Origin: Eledone cirrhosa
Lineage: Eukaryota
Assembly (NCBI GenBank): GCA_964016885.1
Contig: OZ024741.1
Span: 35,402,001 to 35,466,000 of the forward strand
Length of the DNA: 64,000 nucleotides
Direction: 5' to 3'
The notes under the pieces: generated by a model
What the model was told of the DNA's origin: nothing
The model's database searches: none
Seen by the model: the letters and a program-made list of their open reading frames with translations, nothing else
Program-made: the position numbers and the translations under genes
In this document: positions 13,542-24,630 of the stretch, piece by piece
Position numbering within the stretch: position 1 is the stretch's first letter
Layout: every line of letters starts with the position of its first letter

Positions 13542-14575
13542 TTTAGTGAATTAGTCACAGGGTTATTTACTTTGGTAAACGCCACTGTAGGCCAACCACT
13601 AATTTAATTCGATACAGATATAAGGTTAACAAACTCGCTCGTGAGTAAACTGTCCGAGAGCCGTCGCCAAATAAGCGAGAGCTTGATTTGCGTTCCCTCT
13701 ATTTATATCCTTTTACCGGAAGTTCAAGGAATCCTCTAGAAGTCAACGGCAAGTAACTCCAATTAGTTTTTTCTCCCCGGGCAAGGTGACGATAATAACC
13801 GTAAGGTCATTGTAGCGAGGAGCCGTAAAATAAGGAGCAAGCAAAACAAAAGGTACATGAATTACAATGGTTTGTAACAGACGCAAAGTATGAAAATAAG
13901 CATGCAAAAAAATTTAACTGGAACAATACAATTCAAAACAGTACAAAGGAGCAAGGAAAATAGTGCTCAAAATAAGTTCAACATTTTTCAAAGTCAAATA
14001 GTTAATGCCACTAGGTGTTAGACGAATATTGTTTTTGAGAGTTTCCGTGGCCATATTACTGTCCTTTCACTTCGTGTGACATATGGTTGTGTGGTATGTG
14101 GTGTTTCGGAGGAGGTGAAGGTGTTTGTGTGGGAGTGTATGTGCGAGGTATGTCAGGCAATGATGTGAGACTTTCAGAGAAAGCCTTTTTTGCTCTGTCA
14201 ACGGATATTACCTCTTTTCGACCATTGACAGCCACTGTAAAGTGTTTTTGTGTGTGCGAAAGCACACGAAAAGGTCGAAAAGAGGTAATATCTGTTGACA
14301 GAGCAAAAAAGGCTGTGAATTAGTCACAGGGTTATTTACTTTGGTAAATGCCACTGCAGGCCAACCACTAATTTAATTCGATACAGATATAATAAGGTTA
14401 ACAAACTCGCTCGTGAGTAAACTGTCCGAGAGCCGTCGCCAAATAAGCGAGAGCTTGATTTGCGTTCCCTCTATTTATATCCTTTTACCGGAAGTTCAAT
14501 GAATCCTCTAGAATTCAACGGGAAGTAACTTCGATTAGTTTTTTCTCCCCGCCCAAGGTGACGCTAGTCGCTACA
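13542..14575 (-). mobile_element. Internally deleted Gypsy LTR element with two ~250-bp LTRs
   Basis: Direct repeats 13542-13791 and 14314-14575 with a TGTAG.GA terminal motif and TATA flanks. Internal KHFTVAVNGRKEVISVDRAKKA and VTRSERTVIWP resemble a Gypsy integrase C-terminus. Confidence 0.8.
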
Positions 14576-15559
14576 TATATATTATTACTATTAATATATA
14601 AATGTATGGATCGTATTAGTTATGGTGTAAAGAGAGTGAAATAATTATATTTATTTATTTAATTATATAATTATATATTTTGGTAGTATCTATAATATAA
14701 TATGAGAATTATAAATGTGTTGAAGTGGTAGAATATCAAAATATCAAATTTTAAAAATGATAGATACTACTAATTATTGGGTCTTTTCTAATATTGAGTT
14801 TTAGTATTATAGAGATAATATTTATAAGTATATTTTATGAAGAATTAGGGTTGTAAGTATATTTTATTTTATTATATTGCAACAGGTTATTTAAATAAAT
14901 ATTCATATAAATAATTTTGGTGAGTATATATTTTGTTTTTATTAATAGATAGATAATTTAAATATTTTTTATATATGTGAATAGTTACGATGAATTTCCT
15001 TTTTACATTTTCAATATATATTTAAGAAAAATGAAGTAGTTCTATTTTATTATAGAAGATCATTTTGTACATTCAATATTTGCATCAAGATAGGAATACA
15101 TTTACAATTTACGAAGTTAACGAAAGTTATACAATAAAATGTTAATATTTATGTAAAGTTTAGTTGTTACTTAGAAGAAATGTGTAAGCGTGTTACATTA
15201 TAAAGGAAAAGATAACTCAAATATTTCTTAGTTAAAATATTTATATTTACTGATTAATTCTAGAATTTACTTTAAAAAAAATATTCCAATCAAGATATAT
15301 GTAAAATATATGTAAAAATATATATTATTTTATATATTATTTTACAGTATGCTATATTACATATTTTCTAAGATAAAAATTATTTTATATATGTATTTAT
15401 ATAGCATTCCTTATATTTATGTATATGTTAGTGATATCAAGCATATATATGTATTGATGTCTATATAGTCTATTAGGAAGAAATATTCCAGACATTACAA
15501 GTATATTCAGAAACATCACTAAAACCATCACAAAAAGGTGTATTTCAAAATATCATTTA

Positions 15560-16700
15560 AAAAGAAAAGAAAAATGTCATTAAAAAAAAAACATCACAAA
15601 ACATCATCAAAACATATATAAGATGTAAACAAGTGAGATATAGATAATATTTTCTATAGATTATAGAGCCATATTTCGGTATACGGGTGCTTTCGAAATC
15701 GTTCCCCAAGAGATTGAGTAGTTGATATCTTTTAAGTACCAAATTAGATGTGAAAGTGATGTTGAAAATTTTTTGTCCGATCTATTAAATGTATGTTTGT
15801 GATTATACGAGCGGTCCTTAAATTTTGTAGAAGTGGCTCCTATATAGTTATAAATTTTATCTCTAGTTTTTATTGTGCATTTATATACTAAGTTTTTATC
15901 TAGACAATTATTCTGTAAAGGGAAATTTAATTCGTTTCTACAGTTACATTTTCTAGAGTTGTTGTCTATAGGATCGGTACGATTATTATTAGTATTAATA
16001 CTGTTATTAGTAATATTAATATTGTTATTTTGGTTTATTTGGGTTGGACTTAAATTTAAGTTTATATTATTAATTCTATTAATATTTTGTGCTATGTTCA
16101 TAGTAGTAGAGTAAGATAGTTTTGTGCTATGTTCATAGTAGTAAGATAGTTTTATAGTATGTCTGTTAAAAATAGATTGGTATTTATGGGATTTAGGAAA
16201 ACACTTATTTAATGCTTTGAAAAATTTGCTGCAGGTGTTTTAACTCCTAATGAGATTGGGGGAGAGTACCAAATAATATTTCTAGTTCTAGTTCTTTGTT
16301 TGATTTACTATTTATGTTAAATTGCTTATTATTATTATTATTATAGTAAATTTTAGGATGATTTTGCATGTTATTGTTATCTAAGTATTTAATTTTATTC
16401 ATGTAACCAGCTCTATGTAAAGCATCATTGTAATAATCTTCCTTATTATCAAAAATATTTTTATTGGCTGAAATGCGTGAAATTCGTTGTTGGACACTAT
16501 TGACAATAGCATTTTTGACATTTCTAGGATGATTAGAATCAAAGCTTACGTAGTTTAGGTTTTCGTTAATTTTATGGAAAGAGTGATACAGTCCTGAGCT
16601 AGGGTTTAAAGTGACGTCTAAGAAGTTAACAGTTTTATTATTATTCTCGATTTCTAATTTAAGGTTATAATTATTGAAGAATTCTATGATCATTTTCTTT
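15560..16700 (-). pseudogene. Second Naiad-type PLE ORF remnant (RT C-terminus + GIY-YIG), frameshifted, Asn-rich
   Basis: VNFLDVTLN, YVSFDSNHP, RKCNCR..PLQNNCLDKNLVYKC..YIGATSTKFKDR..H, TSLSHLIWYLKD. Confidence 0.9.
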
Positions 16701-16702
16701 TT

Positions 16703-16804
<102 letters not shown>

Positions 16805-16924
16805 AATCTACCAAAATATACGGTAGTGTCCAATCCGTATGAAGAACTCAATGTAATCCAAATATCATGAAAAGAGAAGATGCATTCAAAATTTTTCGAT
16901 AAAAATCATAGGAAAACAGAGAAT

Positions 16925-17204
16925 AAAAAAATGAAATAAAAACAAAGAACAAGTTCCTTATATTAAAAATTCATCATTTTACGATCGTTTCTGGGATGTA
17001 TATGTGTGTTGGTATGTATATCATATAGATCTATGTAAAAGGAGGACGGCATGTATATGTGAAGGTATGTATATTTCCTCTGATAATTTGTAATATTTTT
17101 ACATACATCTATATGAGATACATACCAACACACATATACATCCCAGAAACGATCGTAAAATGAATTTTTTATATAAGGAACTTGTTCTTTGTTTTTATTT
17201 CATT
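16925..17204. repeat. ~110-bp inverted arms carrying the hammerhead 3' half GAAACGATCGTA
   Basis: 16925-17040 versus 17097-17204 are reverse complements. Confidence 0.85.
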
Positions 17205-17430
17205 GTTTTTATTAATATATATATATATATATATATATACACCTGTTAGTTCTTTCGTTACTTTGGTATTGTGTGTTAGATTTTGCCTACCACAATGTTC
17301 AATTTGTCAAGCTATTTAAACGTATGTTATTTCTCTAAGGACCTACCTTGTCAAGTGCTTTGCTAACTCATTCATATAGTAGGTCGAATTTGCTTGCACA
17401 CCGCCAAAGATTCGATTTTACTAAGCCTCC

Positions 17431-17524
<94 letters not shown>

Positions 17525-17667
17525 GAAATGGGAAAGAGATATCGAGGAAAAATTGACCCCAGTACTTAACTGATACTTTTTAACGACCTCGAATGGATGA
17601 AAGGCAAAGTTTACCTCAGAAGGATTTGAACTCAGAGAGCAGAGAGTCGGAGCTAATATCACAAAGC

Positions 17668-17900
17668 ATTCTATCCGACGTTCTAACGACTCTGCCATTC
17701 TATCTGACGTTCTAACGACTCTGCCATTCTATCTGACGTTCTAACGACTTTACCATTCTATCCGACGTTCTAACGACTCTACCATTCTATCAGACGTTCT
17801 AACGACTCTACCATTCTATCAGACGTTCTAACGACTCTGCCATTCTATCTGACGTTCTAACAAATCTACCATTCTATCTGACGTTCTAACGACTCTACCA
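17668..17900. repeat. 29-bp tandem repeat (~8 units) grown out of a SINE 5' head
   Basis: Unit CTATCYGACGTTCTAACGACTCTRCCATT, contiguous with the minus-strand SINE at 17545-17700. Confidence 0.9.
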
Positions 17901-18109
17901 ATTCGCCGCCTGAGAGACTTATAAAGAACCCTTAAACTTTATTATAGAAAAAAATATGTATGTGTACTTTTCTTTTTCTTTAGTAAAATATTATACCATT
18001 TCATAAAAGAATAATATATTAAAGTAGAAGCTTTAGAATATCCTGAAGAATATCATGAAGTTTACTAATGAATCGTGTAGGAACTCCTTTTACTCTCTCT
18101 CACCCCATA

Positions 18110-18185
18110 TACGAGGGTCGGGTGAAAGGTTAATAGGCTGACCACGATACTCTCATGGAATGACCAAATGGGATTTATTTTTCAT
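18110..18185. mobile_element. Mariner-like terminal fragment
   Basis: TA-CGAGGGTCGGGTGAAAGGTTAATAGGCTGACC resembles mariner TIR starts; no partner TIR found. Confidence 0.5.
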
Positions 18186-18510
18186 CATATATATATATAT
18201 ATGTGTGTTTGTGTGTGAATTTTGTATATCAAAAGATATACGATATGTTTAATAAATAAACATTTTGAAAGCTAAATTGTAAATCTAAATATATAAATAA
18301 ACATTTTCGAAGTAACATTTTAAATAAGACATTTTTCCAATTCCACCCGCCCGTCCCCTCAATCTATCTTATTTCTCATTCTTTCTTCTGATGAAGGACT
18401 GCTATATCAAGCGTTAACCTAATATATCCCTTCCATATACTGTACCGATTGTGTTGTTATTTCTGTTCACCTTTTACATACATATATATACACGCACACA
18501 CACACGCGCG

Positions 18511-18736
<226 letters not shown>

Positions 18737-18777
18737 ATCGAAGGCCATATTCAGTTGATTCATGTTTATTCAAAACT

Positions 18778-18835
18778 CCGTTATACATATTTCACTGAAG
18801 ACTATCAGTTATGATAGCCCGAGCTCTTCAGACGG
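18778..18835 (-). ncRNA. Type I hammerhead ribozyme
   Basis: CCGT-CTGAAGA-gctcg-ggctatca(taac)tgatagtc-ttcagt-GAAA-tatgta-TA-ACGG; AUA triplet. Confidence 0.8.
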
Positions 18836-18988
18836 CAAAAAATAAACATTAAAAGTTCCTAAGAAACATTAAAATTTGGACGAATCCAATAATTTCCCTG
18901 AAAAAGATTTTCTTTTCATGATACAGGGGCCGGCCGAACGCGTGGTGTTGTTTCTTCATCGGCCGGCCCCCGTTCTGTTAACCCCATA

Positions 18989-19103
<115 letters not shown>

Positions 19104-19473
19104 GGTAACACAACAGTTAGTTCACCATACCGAGAACAATTGTTTCACCTTAGCGGATCCTCAGCTCGTAATGGTCATGGTTATACGGAATAGGAAGGAC
19201 AACCGTATGAACGCGCATGCGCAGAAACGGTCACTTCACCTAGGAAATACAAAACTGCGGGCGAAAGGTGTAAGGGAGATAACTGCGAAAGTTAGAAAGG
19301 TTCTAGTTGATAAGAAAATTAGGATGTTGTTATATATATATATATATTATATTTAGAATGTTTATAAGTGAGACACGAGTTGATATATATTAAGATATAA
19401 GAAAAACAGTAGAAAATGCTAATGGGGTTTTCTCTTAGAATAACACCAACACATTTATTTAAAAAAAGCAATT

Positions 19474-19520
19474 TATCGTACCGGTTTCAGCCAATAGTTG
19501 TTTAGGCTTCTTCATGCTAC
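19474..19520 (-). ncRNA. Degenerate minimal hammerhead
   Basis: cATGAAGA-agcc(taaacaactatt)ggct-GAAA-ccgg-TA; the core 5' end and stem I are imperfect. Confidence 0.5.
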
Positions 19521-19649
19521 AGGAAACATGATTAAAAGTGTATAATAAAGTTAAGGTGTATATTAATTATTTCTAGTATAGGTACAAGGCCAGTAATTTG
19601 GGAGGAGGGGAGAGTCGTTTAAATCGGCCCCAGTGCATTACTGGTGCTT

Positions 19650-19692
<43 letters not shown>

Positions 19693-19758
19693 AAACTTAG
19701 ACGGGAACAAAAACAGAGAGGCAGTACAAATAAGAGTTTATATATATATATATATATA

Positions 19759-19875
19759 AATTAAACTAGAAACATAAAAAAGTAATCTTTTTCGATTAAA
19801 TTGAACTTATTGATTAATATATTGGTGTATTTCAAGTACCATATATATATATATATATATGGTACTTGAAATACA

Positions 19876-19926
<51 letters not shown>

Positions 19927-20006
19927 TACTTGAAATACACCAATATATTAATCAATAAGTTCAATTTAATCGAAAAAGATTACTTTTTTATGTTTCTAGT
20001 TTAATT
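19759..20006. repeat. ~85-bp inverted arms around an (AT)n spacer containing a third partial arm
   Basis: 19759-19841 versus 19924-20006; extra GGTACTTGAAATACACCAAT at 19861. Confidence 0.9.
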
Positions 20007-20829
20007 TTCTTAACTGACTTTAATGATCGTTTGATATAGAATAGCTTCTTTATTTTCCGGCATTAATGTCCTAAAGTGATGTTGGTGAGGGGAACACCTC
20101 TAATCACAAGACTTCTGCAGTAACGACAACTACCACAAAACCAACTAACAAGGACATAACCAAAGTTTAGTGTCTCCCAATCTCGAATTTGTTTCTTCGT
20201 ACTTTTTTGGTACACACACTCCAATAACTGGCTCTGGTTTTAGGAAATAAAACCACCAATTTTTAAAGGGTTCCTATTTAAATTAAAATCTTCCAACATA
20301 TTTTTATATAAAGAACAATTTGTTAAGATACTTATTTTAGTAATGAAATGATTAATCATTTTAGTAAATCCCTCACTATTCTTCATTAATTAATTGAACA
20401 TCCCGCCGAGGTTGACTTTGCCTTTCATCCTTACGGGGTCGATAAAATAAAGTACCAGTAATGCACTGGTGATTGCTGGCTTTGTGCCTAAAGTAGAAAC
20501 AATTAATTAATTGAAATAACATATATTTCATAAGAAATATGGTAATGAAAGTGTTAATAATGAACATTAGTATTGATAGAGGGTCGGACGCCATACTTTG
20601 CAGCATAGAGTTACGGCCCTTTACGATCTGAGTTCAAATCCCGCCTAGGTTAACTTTGCCTTTCATCTTTACGGGGTCGATAAGATAAGGCACCAGTAAT
20701 ATACTGGGATAACTGCTAGTTTTGTGCCAAAAGTAGAAACAATTATTTGATTAAATTTTACAGATAAGTTTTCGATATATAGATTACGATAATATCGAAA
20801 TTTGAAAAAAATATTAATATCATTATTAT

Positions 20830-22568
20830 TATTATTCGTAACGTTTTATTCTGGCAGATGTTATACCGATACTATACTAAAAGATAGAGCCATAGCCAAT
20901 GACCAAAGGTCCTTTGGGTCATTCCTTCTTCAACTTTTCAATATCCTTCTTAGAATTCTTGCTGTTCCCAGCAAGGCTGTTTTCTGCAACAATCTTGCCC
21001 TTATGGTAATTCCTAGCTTCTCAAGTCATGTATCCAGCCTTCTATTAACTGCTCCCAGTACACCAACCACAATCGATATTTCTACGTGTCTGATTCTCCA
21101 GTTTCTCTCTTCAGCTCCTGGTACTTCTCAACTTTCTCACTTCCCTTCTCATTCACCCTGTGGACCCATGGTGAAGCAATATCCACAATACATGCCTTGT
21201 TATTCTTATTTTCTACGATAACAATGTCAGGTTTTCTAGCCACGATGGAATGGTCACACTGGATGGTCATGTCCTACAAGATATTATACTGTTTATTTTC
21301 AGCCTTTCCATTTCTCACTTTTGCTCATGTTATACTTATGACAGAGCTTCCAATGAACCAATCTGACAAGGTTGTCATGCCTTCTCTTGTAGTCTTTCTG
21401 AGCAAACATCTTACATTCACTCACAATGTGGTTTATTGTTTCACCTTTCTCCCCGCACAGCCTACAAAGTGAGGAATTCACTGACTTGTCAATATTGCAC
21501 TTGATATAGTTCGTTCTCAGTGCCTGTTCCTGGGCTGCAAAAATAATGGCCACAGTTTCAACTTTTAAGTCACTTTTCCTAGTCCATTCCCAATCTTTGT
21601 CAACTGTCTCAAACATTTCATGTACGAATTGACCATGCATCTTTTCTTCCATCTATTCAAAGTGTCATTCTGTGTCTTGTTTAAATTCTCCCTTATCTTT
21701 TGCTTCATCACTGTTTAGGAGCTTTATCTTTCTTACTCCTGCTATCAATCTCTCTCTTGAATTCTTTACATGCCATTCTAGAATATTTTCCGACTTCACA
21801 TACATTTCACAGCTAATGAGATGTAACGGAATTCTACTATAAATTTATCGGCGAAAATTCGAAACCGAATCTAAGAGTTCTCGCCTCTGGGGCCACCTAT
21901 TGTTGGAAGTTCCCACGATTGTCCTGTCAAGAAACAAGTATGATAAACGTACATACCACTTGACCTGTGACCCCAGCTTGTAGACAGAGTAAACACAGAT
22001 GGCTGATCATAAATCAACCCCATATACACATCCTTCGAGCTATAGCATTATTATAAATACAAGGACTTGGGTAACCCAGCGGGCGGCCAGACTACGCCAC
22101 CAGAAAAGAGACCACGATTCAGCAGTCCTTGAGAGAAATAACGAATACTAAGGATACACACATACACACATACTCAGTAGGTTTCATTATACTGTTTTAC
22201 TTCTGTGTTTTATCTATTCTTTCGTCTTCTTGTTGAATCACTTCTATTGTATCGTCGTATTGATACATGCATACACGCTAGCTCGACGTAGCTAGTTGGC
22301 AAACTGATGTAGTGATAAATCCTGTCATAAATATTATTACTCGATGTTCAAGGTACCAACAAGTGAATATTGTTATTGTAAAATAAACATTGTCAACATC
22401 ATAGTTCTGGCATTATTCGTTTTATCATTCATCCATAAAAGAATACATTTACCCACTACAGAGACCTCTTCCTCCTCTCTGTCGTGATAGATACAACTTG
22501 TCCACATCACCTTTGGGGTGTAGAGTCCCTTGTAGTGGCATTGTTTTCCTTTTTTTCTGTCACGCTCC
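20830..22568 (-). mobile_element. 5'-truncated R4/Dong-like RLE LINE with a (TAA)n tail, interrupted by a solo LTR
   Basis: LHPKGDVDKLYLSRQRGGRGLISC, MHGQF, AAQEQAL, CRLCGEKGETINHIVSEC, RHD, RKPDIV, IVDIASP. Confidence 0.9.
21822..22460 (+). mobile_element. Solo LTR (639 bp)
   Basis: TGT...ACA ends; 4-bp TSD GAGA (21818-21821 / 22461-22464). Removing it restores GGRGLISC. TATAAATA near 22052 and AATAAA near 22382. Confidence 0.9.
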
Positions 22569-22569
22569 T

Positions 22570-22643
<74 letters not shown>

Positions 22644-23177
22644 TGCCTGGTTCCACAGTTATAAAGGATCGCTTATTCAGACCACAAATTTATGATCTAC
22701 ATGGTCGATCTGGATCGAACACGTGGACAGGGACCCAATTACTAGAAATTTAACAAGTCGTTCCCTTTTTGATTCAAGAGTGATTTGGTTGCTATTTCTA
22801 GCACCTCAAACGTCAACAAAGGGATTTCCTTACTGGCTCGGTTAAAAAAAAAAAAAAAAAATGAGATATTTTTAATAAGCAAACTATATAAAATAACCAT
22901 CAACGTATTTCCAATGAACACCAAACAAAGCGAATGGCATACTTTAGTGTCTATTTTGTTGTTAACGATCAGCTGACATCTGTAATCTGTTGGTATCATG
23001 TCTGTCTTGTGGCGATTGTTTATTCAACAATTCCGTGCCTGGCTGGCGTCTATTTGTGTAGCTTTACTTACGACAGAACAACATCAAATTCATCACAACT
23101 GTTAATCAATTTACTGAAAAGTCATGGATCTTCAATTGGTTAATCCTTTCTGGTGACATTTACTACCAATACTTACG

Positions 23178-23364
<187 letters not shown>

Positions 23365-23509
23365 ATGTATGTATATGTGTGTATGTATGTATGTGTCTGT
23401 GTGTGTGTATGTATGTATGTATGTATGTATGTGTATGTGTGTGTATGTATGTATGTGTGTATGTATGTATGTATACATAAATACATACATTCATACATAA
23501 ATACGTACA

Positions 23510-23538
<29 letters not shown>

Positions 23539-23540
<2 letters not shown>

Positions 23541-23985
23541 TTATGCAGAACTGATGAAAAATCTGCAGATACTCCACCCTAACAATACCTTCAGATTTAT
23601 GCCAGTTATTATTGGGGCACTGGGGTATGTTAGTAACTGCCTCAATACAAATCTTGAGAAGCTAGGCTTCACAGGAACAGAAAGAACACAACTAGGTAGG
23701 AAATTACAAGTACAATCCATTAATGGAACAGTAAAATTATGTAAAACATTCCAAACATTTTGCATCTAATAACTGCATATACACATGTACAGATACAAAG
23801 CATATACATATGCACACATACAACTCAAAACACATACAATAACATCCATATCTAAACATGCATGTATGCAGACATACATACATATCTAGTTGATGTGTAA
23901 ATTCCAATGAGAGAGATTGTGTCTATGTTAGAAACCGACTCTCTCGCTATTGGTAAAAATTTGTGAAAATATAAAACCAGAAGAA
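23539..23985 (+). mobile_element. 3' fragment of the (TACA)n-associated R4/Dong-like family; other copies 36488-37020(-), 40111-41723(+), 42155-42306(+), 52930-54467(+), 55717-56615(+, diverged), 60020-60944(+)
   Basis: [23 protein letters not shown]; most copies share a 3' end ..AACCAGAAGAA(CATA)n. Confidence 0.9.
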
Positions 23986-24000
23986 CATACATACATACAT

Positions 24001-24575
24001 GGTGGCTGCCAACTCGTTTTCGAGTACGGCCATTACTTTATATCCATGTAGGAGAACCCCTACCGATGCGCTGAACGAGTGTGACTCTTTAGTCCAGCCA
24101 GCGACTTGAAAACTCTGGTACAAACACTACACCTGTGACAATTATTGACACATAGTGCTGGGCCCATGCTACCATGTGACGACAAGTGCAGAGATCTCCA
24201 GATATAAAGCAATGCCTGTGCCGTGAAGCTTTTATAGTGAGCAAAGGCACTGCACAAAGCCAGTCCCACTCTCTTAACCAAGATGATATTTACCAAAAAG
24301 AAGAACAAGTCAACATCATTGGATACCATCAGGGTTGCAGGTGTTATATCAGAGTTTTCCTTCTCCTAGAATTCTGCCTTGACAAAGGCTAAGGGGTCAT
24401 CTCTCCCGGTGATTTTGGATGGCTATTGACTCTTAAGAGCCACTTTGCTTTTTGACAGGTTTTGTTTTTAGTCCTGCAGGATGTCCAAAGCCACCCTCCT
24501 CACCAAGAAACCTTGGTGGGGTTGCCAGTTTAGTCGCCAACGACCCGACCATGAGACAGGTTGTACTGGGATACA
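24001..24575 (-). mobile_element. Non-autonomous RTE-related retroposon family A; copies 37995-38439(+), 52428-52928(-), 54551-55124(-), 59385-59936(-)
   Basis: Highly similar ~570-bp copies ending CGAAAACGAGTTGGCAGCCACC, followed by (ATGT)n in the four minus-strand copies. Carries the relic [20 protein letters not shown]. Confidence 0.8.
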
Positions 24576-24599
24576 TGTTACAAGCACCAACTGGTGAAC

Positions 24600-24630
<31 letters not shown>

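Noticed and set aside
20802-21221. Signal-peptide-like ORF MKKILISLLLLFV
   Set aside because: TTG start; it is the antisense of the R4 element's (TAA)n tail and endonuclease region.
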